A stretch of DNA of 64,000 bases, taken from the NCBI GenBank assembly GCA_965208835.1, contig OZ242358.1, positions 32,001-96,000 on the forward strand, given 5' to 3'. Positions 8,150-17,725 of the stretch are shown here, one piece after another. Source of the stretch: Candidatus Latescibacterota bacterium (GTDB lineage Bacteria; Latescibacterota; UBA2968; GCA-2709665). A model generated the notes under the pieces. The model saw only the letters and a list, made by a program, of their open reading frames with translations. It did not search any database and was not told where the DNA came from. The position numbers were made by a program, and so were the translations under genes. Position 1 is the stretch's first letter. Each line of letters opens with the position of its first letter.

Positions 8150-10498
8150 CTACAGCTCCACCGTTTTGAACGCGTCTCCGGAACGTACTCCGTAGGCGTT
8201 GCCGGTCTTTTTCAGGTGGAGCCCGGTCTCGCCGAAGCCCAGCGAAGTGCCCGAAGCGAGGCAGAGCGAACTGAGGGCATCGTCCTGGATCGTCACGACG
8301 GCCGCGCGTCCCTTCAGGGACAGTCCGTCGAAACGCGCCTCCTCCCGCGAGGGGTTATACAACAGGAGAAAGCGTTCACTCTCCGTGTGGATCCGGAGCG
8401 CCAACGTGGCGTCGGACAGCGTTCGGCATTCGATTTCGATCGCGGGAGGGCGGTGCGTGAATGGCGCGTGTACGGCGGCGAATACGGCAACCGGACCGGG
8501 ACGGATAACCTGGAGGTGGCCGCGGTACGGGAGAACGGCACCGGGCTTCAGGGTACCTCCGTCGGCATGCAGGTCTTCGATCACGTCCTCTTCGGGAGGA
8601 CATTCGGAGACTGTAACCTCGGTGTCGGAGATTCTCGGGATGATCGTCCGCAAGCCGCCGCGATCCATCGTCCACGTGGCGGTGACGTCGTCAATCGCGC
8701 GGGCCGATCGGCCGGAACGCAGGGGTTCGGGGACGTCTGAAGGCACGAGGGCGTCGAGGCCCGCGACCTCCAGATCTCCGGATCGCGCGTGCAGCATCCA
8801 GGTGTACGACCTCTTGTCTCCTGAGACGCTGAAGACGTCGGCGATGAGGGGTTCGCCCGAACTTCGCGGCAGCAACGCGATAAGGCGGGCGTTGCCTGGC
8901 GGCAGGCCCGCCTCGGCCAGCTTCGGACCCGGGGTCACGCACCACATGAGCGGTTTTCCTCCCTCGCCCTGTTCCGCACATTCCAGGACGGTATTGTGCG
9001 ATAGCGGACCGCGTTCCCACAGGCGGGCCCACTCCGGATTCCAGTTGTATCCCATTTCCGTCACCATTTCCCGCCCGCACGACCAGAGGACGAAATTGAG
9101 ATAGTCTTTCTGCTTGTGGGCGGCCGGGATATAGGGACCGTAGTCGATAAAGGCCATGGTCCGCGACGGCTTGTCTTCGCCGTGACGAAGAATCATGAGT
9201 CCGATATCGGGCAGGTGGGCGCTCGCAGCGGCGTAGGGTTCGCCGTCACTTTCGACCGCGGCATCCGGATCGCGGTAGAAGAGCGAATATTCGGTTCCTC
9301 CGTTCAGGTTGCCGCCCCAAACGGTCTTGAGATGTCGCAGCGCCTTCTGATTGTTGTAGACGATATAGGCGATTTCGGAACAAAAGGTGCGCAATGGACT
9401 TCCAACGTGCGAATCGTTGATCGCCGGGTTGGTGTCGTCGGGGAAAGCCGCATCCAGAAACCAGGTATAACACTTCTCCAGAAGGGCGCATCGGGGATTG
9501 GCGTACACGTCGGTGTCCAGATTGCCACGGATGATTTCCGGGATGCCGATGGTCGTCTGGAGCAGCCCCAGGGTGTAGTCGGCCGTGCATTCGTAAAACG
9601 CGCCATCCTGGAAGAACACGCCGGCCTCGGGCTTGAGCATGTCTTCGTACAACGTGACAACGGATCGCAGGATTTCCCGGTCGCTCGCCAGCGCGGCGGA
9701 AGCCGCGATGCACCACCACGCGCCTCCGTGGTCCTGAATGGAATAGTGGGAGAGATACGGTGAGAGGTCATCCGAATATTGATATCCCTCGAGCGTCGAG
9801 GTTCCCGGGTTGTTGAAGGACTCGACGAAATAGTCCCGTACATATTCGACAAAGGCATCGATGGACCGGCGCTGTTCGTCTTTAAATACGTCTGAGTCGC
9901 GGATGAGGTCATACGCGATCAGCACGGTTCGGGCGCACCACGCATCCCTCTGTTTCCAGCCGTCGACTTTTCCGTAATACGGATCGTTCTGATCGTGCCA
10001 GACGTTCTTGTTGACCTGGTTCAGCCGGTAGCTCTCGAAGACTTCAGCGAATCGTTCGACCAGAATGGCGGCTTTTTCGGCGTATCGCACGTCGCCTTCG
10101 ATACCGTAAGCAATTCCGGCGCTCTCCAGGCCGCCAAGGATGTACTTCAGGCGATAAGTGCGGACCACCGCCTGGATATTCCATGTTTCGGAAGTGTCCT
10201 CCGGGTCCCAGTCCCACGTCGCCTTGCAGTCCGTGCATTGAAGCGTGTCGCCCTGGTTGATCAGGCTGTAGGCATACCAGGGTCCGCAACCGCAGTCGGG
10301 ACAGACGACGGTGACGAGCGGCGTCTGGTCACTGATGAAAGACCGCATCCGGTCACGGTCCATCGTCAGATAGTAGCCTGCCTGTGATTTGATCTGACCA
10401 TAGAGATCCTTGGCCCACGCGTGTCGGTTGATATTTTCCCCGGCGCGCGCAAGGTCGTCGGGTTTGTACATGGTGCACGGAATTCGATGGGTTCTCAT
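8150..10498 (-). CDS. Heparinase II/III-like polysaccharide lyase with N-terminal CxxC...CxxC insert
   Basis: DGAFYE...Y, FPDDTNPAINDS, GLMILR, H...D.LNF, SHNTV motifs; CPDCG...CTDC. Confidence 0.8.
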   Translation of the reverse strand: MRTHRIPCTMYKPDDLARAGENINRHAWAKDLYGQIKSQAGYYLTMDRDRMRSFISDQTPLVTVVCPDCGCGPWYAYSLINQGDTLQCTDCKATWDWDPEDTSETWNIQAVVRTYRLKYILGGLESAGIAYGIEGDVRYAEKAAILVERFAEVFESYRLNQVNKNVWHDQNDPYYGKVDGWKQRDAWCARTVLIAYDLIRDSDVFKDEQRRSIDAFVEYVRDYFVESFNNPGTSTLEGYQYSDDLSPYLSHYSIQDHGGAWWCIAASAALASDREILRSVVTLYEDMLKPEAGVFFQDGAFYECTADYTLGLLQTTIGIPEIIRGNLDTDVYANPRCALLEKCYTWFLDAAFPDDTNPAINDSHVGSPLRTFCSEIAYIVYNNQKALRHLKTVWGGNLNGGTEYSLFYRDPDAAVESDGEPYAAASAHLPDIGLMILRHGEDKPSRTMAFIDYGPYIPAAHKQKDYLNFVLWSCGREMVTEMGYNWNPEWARLWERGPLSHNTVLECAEQGEGGKPLMWCVTPGPKLAEAGLPPGNARLIALLPRSSGEPLIADVFSVSGDKRSYTWMLHARSGDLEVAGLDALVPSDVPEPLRSGRSARAIDDVTATWTMDRGGLRTIIPRISDTEVTVSECPPEEDVIEDLHADGGTLKPGAVLPYRGHLQVIRPGPVAVFAAVHAPFTHRPPAIEIECRTLSDATLALRIHTESERFLLLYNPSREEARFDGLSLKGRAAVVTIQDDALSSLCLASGTSLGFGETGLHLKKTGNAYGVRSGDAFKTVEL

Positions 10499-11784
10499 AT
10501 CGTCCCCTTGTCAACCTCAAGCATCCGAGGGCGGCGGCCAGGCTGTCGGCCCAGGGCGCGAAGCCTGAAGTTTCCCCACCACGTCCGGAGGGGCTCCGGC
10601 GGATTCTCCAGCTTTCTGCCTTGCGTCTTCTGGATGGAAGTGAGCCGCGCGGCCCCCAGCAGGCCGGGGTGTAGAGAAATCGTGTCGATGCCGCGGGTCA
10701 TGCGGTTTTCTTTGCCCCAGAGGCCGTCGATTTCGATTTCCGTCTCGCCTCGGTATCGCTGCGGCACGTCGTCTATCCAGATCTTCTGCTTATTTGTTTC
10801 CGCATCCCATGCGATTTTGAACCGGTATGCTCGGTCGTTTTCGGGAACGACCGAATTATCAAACGTGTTGAAACCGGGAGTTGGATGGCCGGTTGCAACG
10901 GTCATGCGGTCTGTCAGGATTCCCGTCTGGATTTTTCGGAAACACTTGATGGATCCGTCGTACTCGCCAAGCAGGATGCAGGCTTCAGCGGATACGTCCG
11001 GCGACTTGACTTCGAATTCCAGTGTGCCCCTGGGAATGACGGGAAAGGTCGTGGTCACGAACCCGTACCGTGTGATGAGTTCAAGCCATCGATTTTGAAC
11101 GGGTCTGAGCCTGCTCTCGCAGACATTGTCATCCGGTTCTCCGTCCCGTGGCGGCGGGATCGGTTTCCAGTAAAGCGGGTGATCTTCCCCGTCGATCTGG
11201 TTGCCGCCTACCGATTGCCTTACGTGCCTGACTCTGATTCGCCGGCCGATACCGACGCCGCCGGTCTGAAGTTCCAGTTTCGCGATATCCCGCACCGGAT
11301 TGTTGAACGGTACGGTGACGGGTCGTTCGCCGTCCAGAAGAAACACGGCGGTCTGGCTTGAGAAGTCAAAGCCTTCGAACGTGTAGACGTGTTCGTCGGA
11401 TTCGACGACGTACCATTTGCGCCTGGTGTGATCGTTGAAAGGACAGTTGCCTTGGAACGTGAGTACCCTGCCGGAATCTATCAGTTCCTTTCCGCCCTGG
11501 AACAGCAGGCAGCCGTCCCTCCGGATGTGACATACGATGGCCGGGCGGTCCGCACTGTCATAAAGCCGAAGGGTGTAGAGCGTGTGGTACTCGGGCTCGT
11601 CAAGCACAACCCGCATGGCCAGTTCAAGCGAGCCGGCCCGGTCGGTGATCTTCTCTTTGAGTTCACGGAAACACTGAACGGGTGTCCTCGACCCGTCCAT
11701 CTTCAGGTATCCATCCTCGCCGAAAATATAGTCCTGGTTCCCGTGGACGTCGTGCCAGTTGAAGGCCTGATGGATGTCAACCAT
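10495..11784 (-). CDS. Hypothetical beta-rich protein
   Basis: 429-aa ORF whose stop overlaps the lyase start (ATGA); family not recognised. Confidence 0.65.
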   Translation of the reverse strand: MVDIHQAFNWHDVHGNQDYIFGEDGYLKMDGSRTPVQCFRELKEKITDRAGSLELAMRVVLDEPEYHTLYTLRLYDSADRPAIVCHIRRDGCLLFQGGKELIDSGRVLTFQGNCPFNDHTRRKWYVVESDEHVYTFEGFDFSSQTAVFLLDGERPVTVPFNNPVRDIAKLELQTGGVGIGRRIRVRHVRQSVGGNQIDGEDHPLYWKPIPPPRDGEPDDNVCESRLRPVQNRWLELITRYGFVTTTFPVIPRGTLEFEVKSPDVSAEACILLGEYDGSIKCFRKIQTGILTDRMTVATGHPTPGFNTFDNSVVPENDRAYRFKIAWDAETNKQKIWIDDVPQRYRGETEIEIDGLWGKENRMTRGIDTISLHPGLLGAARLTSIQKTQGRKLENPPEPLRTWWGNFRLRALGRQPGRRPRMLEVDKGTI

Positions 11785-12014
11785 AACAGCATCTCACGAA
11801 TTCGGGGGCCTCAGCAACAGCGTGAAATATGTAAAGATATATTGTCGATTTGTATAGATTTTAATCTATTACGACAAGATTTATACCCATATCCGTTGTG
11901 TGAATCTGTCGAGATTTTCGTGATGGCGGGTTGATTGTCCTCGAACAGGACATTCCTGGGAGCGGGGGCGTCTCGCCCTCGACGCACCGCCGGCTTGTTT
12001 CAATCGTCGCGCCT

Positions 12015-12148
12015 TCCTTCTTCCTCTCACTCCTCACTTCCCACAGCTGTCTTTGTTCTTGCCTTTACTGACCACTGTTTTTCACTATCCACTGCCTCTG
12101 TGCTTTTTGCTTCTCTCTCTCACTTCTCACTCCTCTCCACTCTCTCCT
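12015..12148. repeat. Pyrimidine-rich degenerate heptamer repeats
   Basis: CTCACTC/CTCACTT-like units just downstream of the DUF6785 gene. Confidence 0.5.
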
Positions 12149-12162
12149 TGTGGATGTCAGTT

Positions 12163-14130
12163 TCAATACCCATGAATCGAATGGCCCGCCCCGGGGAACC
12201 AGATGATATCCACGACAAGGGAAAGCCCCACGCCGGTCGTATACCCCGTCAATATCCCGAGGAAAAAAGGAATATAACGCCTGTACAGCGCCGCCCCGCC
12301 GATACGCAGGATTATAAACTTGATGCACCATGCGATAAACACCGAAAAAGTGGAAAAGTGTACATACGAGATGCCGGCGATCGCGAACCCTACCGGATGA
12401 AGCGGCCACCAGGGGAAGCGGTATTTGAGGAACGTGAGGATGGACATCGCGGCTGCCCCGATGCCCAGCAATATGGGTCGGATGCTGGTCTCGACCGCCG
12501 GGTCCTTCATTTTCGAAAGCGCATTCGCAAAGCCGCTCCGGCTGTATCGCGTGAACGGGAAGTCGTTGAAATTGTAGGCCCCGTGGGTATACCCCAGGTA
12601 GAGAGTATAGGCGATGGATGCGACCACCCCCGCGGCAAACGCCAGGAATATTGCGGCCAACACGCGGGGCCGGTCCTCGCGAGGGCAGAGGTCGGCAATT
12701 TTCGTGGCGTGAACGACGGAGGGCATGAACAGGCCCTTTCCGAACGAAGTAAGCGCGTTCGAAAAGGCCAGGACAGTGAGGCTCGGCCCGGAGAGATTCC
12801 TCGGCCCGATCAGCCGGGTAACAATTTCCTGCTGGCCAATCGGCGTGCAGACAAAGACCAGGCCGACTTCGGCCACGATTCGGGAAACGCCAAGAAAAAT
12901 GATCAGAGTTGCCAGGACGGACAGACATGCAACGCCAATCCCCATGCCGGCCCGCCAGAACCAGAATATGACGAAGACGGTACTCAGGATGAAACCCAGA
13001 ACAGCGGTTCGGTATTTCATCATTTCGTCGGCATCGTCCAGAGGCGCGCTTCGGCCAATGGCGATCCTCATCACGGATCTCAGGTGGTGTCGCGCGATCC
13101 ACAATCCCCAGCCAACCAGTGTGACGAATCCGCCGAGTTGGAGCCATGCAAACTCGCCCGTTGTCGTATAGGTACTGCTGGCGTTAAAGCCGTATCGATT
13201 GAGGATGCCGCTGCGCAGGATGAAGAGAACGCAGAAGAACCACAGGCTGAAGAGGACATCGATGTTTGCGAAGTAGGCGAAGGAGATGGTGAACATGTTG
13301 ATGCGGGTCCAGATACCGGGGAAGTATCGTTCGAAATGCACCCAGGGACCCCAGCGGATATTGGGAATCTGCGGGAATCCGGGTACGAAGTAGTGGATCA
13401 TGTTCCAGCTGATGATCCCCAGCGCAATGGCGAAGCCGATCCAGAAACGCCTTGGAAAACCGGGCTTCTCGCGGTCGGTGAGATCCAGGACCGGGCGCAG
13501 GATCGGGTAACTCAGCCGTTCGCTCTCCACCCATTGGCGTCGAAGTATGACGGAAAGGCTGGTGGAGGCCACAAAGAGGGCCGTGATCAACGCCATCCAC
13601 GCGGCCAGGGGAATGTACCAGACCTCCCAGGGAATGTCCATGCCGGGCGGGCCGCCTTCGAACAGATGGTCCAGCGCATGGTTGACGTTGCGCGGCGCCA
13701 GCCATTGGGGAATGTAGGGATGGAAGAATTCGCCCCACTGGTTTTCGGGCGTTGCGAAATAGTACGGCGCGGCAATTGCGCCCAGGAAATAACCCGTCAG
13801 TCCGACCGAAGGGATGGCGCCGCCGACCAGGCCGCCGGCCAGGGTAACCTTGAGTTCGGTGGGCGAGAGCGCATATCTCGCGGCGAGTTTCCTGCAAAGC
13901 GGATTGAGAATCAGGGCAAGGGTGAGGTAGGCCATCAGCGACCCCATCGGGAAGTGGCTGAGGGTCATGCGGGAAGCGTGGATGACGTACTCGATGTAGT
14001 TGACCCAGACGCACGCCCCGACGGAGACGAGCATGGCCAGAAGGATGGATCGGAGCGTGACGCCCCGGCTGGCGGGAACTGACGCGGACGCGGAATGATG
14101 AGCGATGAGAGGATTGGACGTAGGGGGCAT
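12163..14130 (-). CDS. DUF6785/DUF6784 multi-pass membrane protein (putative transporter)
   Basis: Many TM helices; LRRQWVESERLSYP and RFPWWPLHPVG motifs. Confidence 0.8.
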   Translation of the reverse strand: MPPTSNPLIAHHSASASVPASRGVTLRSILLAMLVSVGACVWVNYIEYVIHASRMTLSHFPMGSLMAYLTLALILNPLCRKLAARYALSPTELKVTLAGGLVGGAIPSVGLTGYFLGAIAAPYYFATPENQWGEFFHPYIPQWLAPRNVNHALDHLFEGGPPGMDIPWEVWYIPLAAWMALITALFVASTSLSVILRRQWVESERLSYPILRPVLDLTDREKPGFPRRFWIGFAIALGIISWNMIHYFVPGFPQIPNIRWGPWVHFERYFPGIWTRINMFTISFAYFANIDVLFSLWFFCVLFILRSGILNRYGFNASSTYTTTGEFAWLQLGGFVTLVGWGLWIARHHLRSVMRIAIGRSAPLDDADEMMKYRTAVLGFILSTVFVIFWFWRAGMGIGVACLSVLATLIIFLGVSRIVAEVGLVFVCTPIGQQEIVTRLIGPRNLSGPSLTVLAFSNALTSFGKGLFMPSVVHATKIADLCPREDRPRVLAAIFLAFAAGVVASIAYTLYLGYTHGAYNFNDFPFTRYSRSGFANALSKMKDPAVETSIRPILLGIGAAAMSILTFLKYRFPWWPLHPVGFAIAGISYVHFSTFSVFIAWCIKFIILRIGGAALYRRYIPFFLGILTGYTTGVGLSLVVDIIWFPGAGHSIHGY

Positions 14131-14138
14131 GGAGATAG

Positions 14139-15227
14139 CTATGCGGTGGGTGATTTGTAAAAGCGCACGGGATCTTCCAGGTCCCAGTCGCATTCGACCT
14201 TCAGCCGGGCAATGAGCTCGCGCCGGTTGTCCTCCTCCAGACAGGGACGGTTCATGGCCTCACCCATGAGGGCTATGGAGGCGGGCCGTTTGCCGGTATG
14301 CCGGGTATGCGGAACATCGGTCTCGTGCCCCTGCCATTCTCTGCCGCCGAAGATGCGGTAGTCGAACATATAGCCGGTCTTGCCTCTCTGTGCGGCGAGT
14401 CTGCACCAGCGAAAGGCGCGGGCGACACGCTCGTGTACGGGAATTCCTGCCGGCGTGCCATCCGGAAACAGGAGGACACGACCGAGTTTGGCGAAGTGTA
14501 CGAATCTGGTATCCGCGTCCAGCCAGTCGACGAGGCTTGTTTCGTCGTCCGCGCCCCACGCGAAGATGTGGCTGATGGATTCCGGCAGACACCGGAGGTC
14601 GCGGGACATCTGCAGTTTTCCGGGTTTGTCGGCCGGCATACTCAGGTGCAGAAGGATTTCGGCGTCCGGCTTGAGGGCCCTGATGCGTTCCGTGAGAATA
14701 TCGACCACGAGCGCGTCCCACTGAAAGGGGCGGAGCGCCCGGCATTTCTCGCAAATACAGTTGCGGCCGATTTCCCGCGCCGGTTCAATGTCGATGCCGT
14801 CCACACCCGGCGCGAGGCGTTCGGCGACAATGCGGCCCATCCAGGCGCGAGTCTCGACGTCGTGAGGACAGAGAGCCGTATCCGGTCCCTTGGCACTGGG
14901 CTTTAGCAGGTGCGGCGGCACGTCCGGTTCGGCCATTGTGTACTCGGATCCGCCTCCGCTGAATCCGTATATCGCGCGAATGAGCTTGAGACCGACGCTA
15001 TGGGCATATTCGACCGCTTCATGCCAGGCGTCGTTGAAGCCCCGCGCGTTGGTCCAGAATACCACGAGCCGATTCAGGCCGGACTCGGCGAGGTGGTCTA
15101 CGTGGGCCCGGTTGACTGAGATGTCCCGGGGGTTATTCGAGTACCCCTTTCGAAAAAAGAGGTTCCATCCGCACTCGAGGGTGCCGCGCAGGTCAAAGCC
15201 GCGCTCTAACGAGTTCATATCGGTCAT
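14139..15227 (-). CDS. Hypothetical protein, glycoside-hydrolase-like TIM barrel with Cys cluster
   Basis: ALCPHD, DGIDIEP, CICEKCR; the ORF-track N-terminal 47 aa derive from a MITE. Confidence 0.6.
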   Translation of the reverse strand: MTDMNSLERGFDLRGTLECGWNLFFRKGYSNNPRDISVNRAHVDHLAESGLNRLVVFWTNARGFNDAWHEAVEYAHSVGLKLIRAIYGFSGGGSEYTMAEPDVPPHLLKPSAKGPDTALCPHDVETRAWMGRIVAERLAPGVDGIDIEPAREIGRNCICEKCRALRPFQWDALVVDILTERIRALKPDAEILLHLSMPADKPGKLQMSRDLRCLPESISHIFAWGADDETSLVDWLDADTRFVHFAKLGRVLLFPDGTPAGIPVHERVARAFRWCRLAAQRGKTGYMFDYRIFGGREWQGHETDVPHTRHTGKRPASIALMGEAMNRPCLEEDNRRELIARLKVECDWDLEDPVRFYKSPTA

Positions 15228-15228
15228 T

Positions 15229-15376
15229 GCAGTCCGTTGATAGAGTCGCTCTGCAGGCGAGGCCGAAGACAAGGCGCGTGACCGAGTCCCACCCGGCGAT
15301 TCGGCGAGGGCGCGCAACGCAGTATTTCGACCGCAAGGGCCGGCCGTAGCCCGGATGGGCTTTTTCAACGGGCTGA
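15229..15376 (-). mobile_element. MITE family B, copy 2
   Basis: CAGTCCGTTGA...TCAACGGGCTG ends; reverse complement aligns to 24067-24228. Confidence 0.8.
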
Positions 15377-15430
15377 TGGGGTATGCGGTGCCTGCAACAT
15401 GATAAACGTGAACCGGCGGATGTCAACCTA

Positions 15431-15640
15431 GAAGCTGTCTCAAAATTCCCAGCGGTCTTCGCACGGCTGCAAAAGCGCAGGTCGGCGTTGGTCAAACCCG
15501 CCCGTCTTACGAGATCGAGGCTGCGCCTGCTCGCCTCTCATAGGCGGGTTTTCCCGTCGGCGCTGCGCGCCCCTCGCGCCTCATAACCGCCGTTTTTTCG
15601 CTCGCGCTCGGGAACTCACCGGTAATTTTAAAACAACTTC
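15431..15640 (+). mobile_element. MITE family A, copy 2 (loop type 2 plus extra insert)
   Basis: GAAGCTGTCTCAAAATT...AATTTTAAAACAACTTC; shared body; extra segment near 15557-15588. Confidence 0.85.
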
Positions 15641-15730
15641 CTTTGAATAAATCGAAATTGATGTACTTGCCAAATGGCGAATTGTGGATTTAATTAGAGT
15701 CTTCCAGATTCTGATCTTGCCTATTGTTTC

Positions 15731-16238
15731 TGATCCCGTCAATCCTGGTCGGTTCTGATCCTGCTCCCGGCTTTTAATCCTGTTAATCGTGTGCGGTTCT
15801 GGTTTCAATCCTGCTTAATCCTGGTCGGTTTTGATCTTGCTCTTGGTTTCGAATCCTGCTTAATCGTGTGTGGTTCTGGTTTCAATCCTGCTTAATCCTG
15901 GTCGGTTTTGATCTTGCTCCTGGTTTCGAATCCCGTTAACCCCAGTCGCCTTTGATCCTGGCTTCTAATCCTGCTTAATCCTGGTCGGTTTTGATCTTGC
16001 TCTTGACTTCAAATCCTGTTAATCGTGCGCGGTTCTGGTTTTAATCCTGCTTAATCCTGGTCGGTTTTGCTCTTGGCTTCTAATGCCGCTTAATCCTGAT
16101 CGGTTTTGGCTTTTGCCCGGCTCCTGGTTTCGAATCCCGTTAACCCCAGTCGGTTTTGATCCTGGCTTCTAATCCTGCTTAATCCCGGTCGGTTCTGGTT
16201 TTAATCCTGCTTAATCCTGGTCGGTTTTGATCCTGTCC
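15731..16238. repeat. Hierarchical tandem repeat array (~13 units of ~31-51 bp)
   Basis: Units start AATCC(T/C)G(C)TTAA(T/C)C and continue GGTT(T/C)TG...; several unit variants recur. Confidence 0.85.
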
Positions 16239-16272
16239 ATCCATGTAAGTCCGGGTATTTGACAAAGAGACT

Positions 16273-17535
16273 ATGAGTCATCCGGTTGACAAAATCCTGC
16301 TGATAACCGTCGACTGCCTCCGGTACGATGCGGTTAGCCGGGTCAATCGCAGGCTGAATACGCCCAAATTCGACCTGTTGACACGGGATTATGCGTTCGC
16401 CGAGCGGTTTTTCGTGACGGCCCCGGCCACGCGCACGTCTCATACGTCCATGTTTACCGGGCTATATCCGTTTGAACACGGACTTTGCGGGCAGACGTAT
16501 CTGAAGATGTTCGCGGGGATTCCGAACCTGTTTCAGCTTTTCTCGGATGCGGGTTATGAAATCCATGGCCGCTCCGAGCGGACGGACGTGTTCCGTTTTC
16601 TGGACTACGAGCGTTATATCGGACCTATGGATCCCAATGCGACGGATCAGCATCTCGGTTCGTTGGAAGACTTGCTGCAGTCGGCGTTCGAAGGAGAGGA
16701 CCGGCCGCGGTTCTGTTTTTTGCATTTCTGGTATACGCATGGCGGCTATGGGGCGAGGGGGATTCCCGGAACGCCGAATCTGAAGGCCTTGATTGACGCC
16801 GGACGGGTGCAGGAGGCGCTCCGGTTTTATTACGCGGCGGCGACGCACGTGCAGGAGTTCCTGCTCGTGGAGGTCCTGAAGCGCGTGAATCTCGACGAAT
16901 GGGCGGTGTTTATCCTGGGCGATCACGGTGAGGGGTTCTGCAAGGAGGGGTTGGCGCACGGGGACCTGTTGCACGAGAATGTGATCCACGTCCCGCTGCT
17001 GGTTTCCCTTCCCGGACACGATGGACTGAAATTACCGCGGGGGCCCCTTGCGACGATCGATCTGTTCCCCACTATTGCAAACCTCGCCGGGCTTTCGGTA
17101 GACTATAAAGGATATGGCCGTGACTTGCGCGACAACGGGGTTTCTTATCGCGATCGATGGGTGTATTCGGAACTCGACAACCTTTACGGCGTCGGATTCC
17201 TGAACGCGGGCAATCTGTGTGCAGACCACGATCGGGTGACGTCACGCATAGCGATGGACGGCGTGGAACTGAAGCGGGACGAGGATGGCCTGCGCATGTG
17301 GTCCGTCACGGACGGAAAGGTCTTCTACAGGGAAAGACTTGACGCTGGGGATTATGTGCTGCGTGACGTGTTCAGCGGCGCCGAGATGCCATGCGAAGAT
17401 CCCGGTCCCTATAGGCATGCCCGAAACGAGATAATGAGCGGATCCAATTACAAGCACCTCCAGGCGCAGGAAACCACGCAGGCCGAAGCCGACATTCTGG
17501 CAGCAAGATTGAGAAATCTCGGGTATATCGAATAA
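16273..17535 (+). CDS. Sulfatase-like hydrolase/transferase (alkaline phosphatase superfamily)
   Basis: LITVDCLRYD, APATRTSHTSMFTGLYP..HG, GDHGE, HVPL, C-terminal RLRNLGYIE. Confidence 0.85.
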   Translation: MSHPVDKILLITVDCLRYDAVSRVNRRLNTPKFDLLTRDYAFAERFFVTAPATRTSHTSMFTGLYPFEHGLCGQTYLKMFAGIPNLFQLFSDAGYEIHGRSERTDVFRFLDYERYIGPMDPNATDQHLGSLEDLLQSAFEGEDRPRFCFLHFWYTHGGYGARGIPGTPNLKALIDAGRVQEALRFYYAAATHVQEFLLVEVLKRVNLDEWAVFILGDHGEGFCKEGLAHGDLLHENVIHVPLLVSLPGHDGLKLPRGPLATIDLFPTIANLAGLSVDYKGYGRDLRDNGVSYRDRWVYSELDNLYGVGFLNAGNLCADHDRVTSRIAMDGVELKRDEDGLRMWSVTDGKVFYRERLDAGDYVLRDVFSGAEMPCEDPGPYRHARNEIMSGSNYKHLQAQETTQAEADILAARLRNLGYIE

Positions 17536-17725
17536 CACTTCTTACGACAGGTCAAGTCCGAAAAGATCCCGTACAACTGACGTGCGTGAACGATCAAGTA
17601 TCTTTTCAAACAGGGGACAGGTGTGTATCTTTTAGTGTTGGCACCTGACGAATGGAAGAGGCCTTAATGACCTGCACGTCACGAAAATCGCGTCATTTCC
17701 AGACGATTAATGGAAAGGATAAGAA

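Noticed and set aside
11935-14082. 715-aa plus-strand ORF and similar long antisense ORFs (e.g. 5422-6465, 50300-51469, 57863-59173)
   Set aside because: Shadow frames opposite well-supported genes, as expected at high GC, with no recognisable motifs.
15731-16238. CRISPR array
   Set aside because: The intervening segments are recurring variants of each other rather than unique spacers, unit length is irregular and no cas genes are present.
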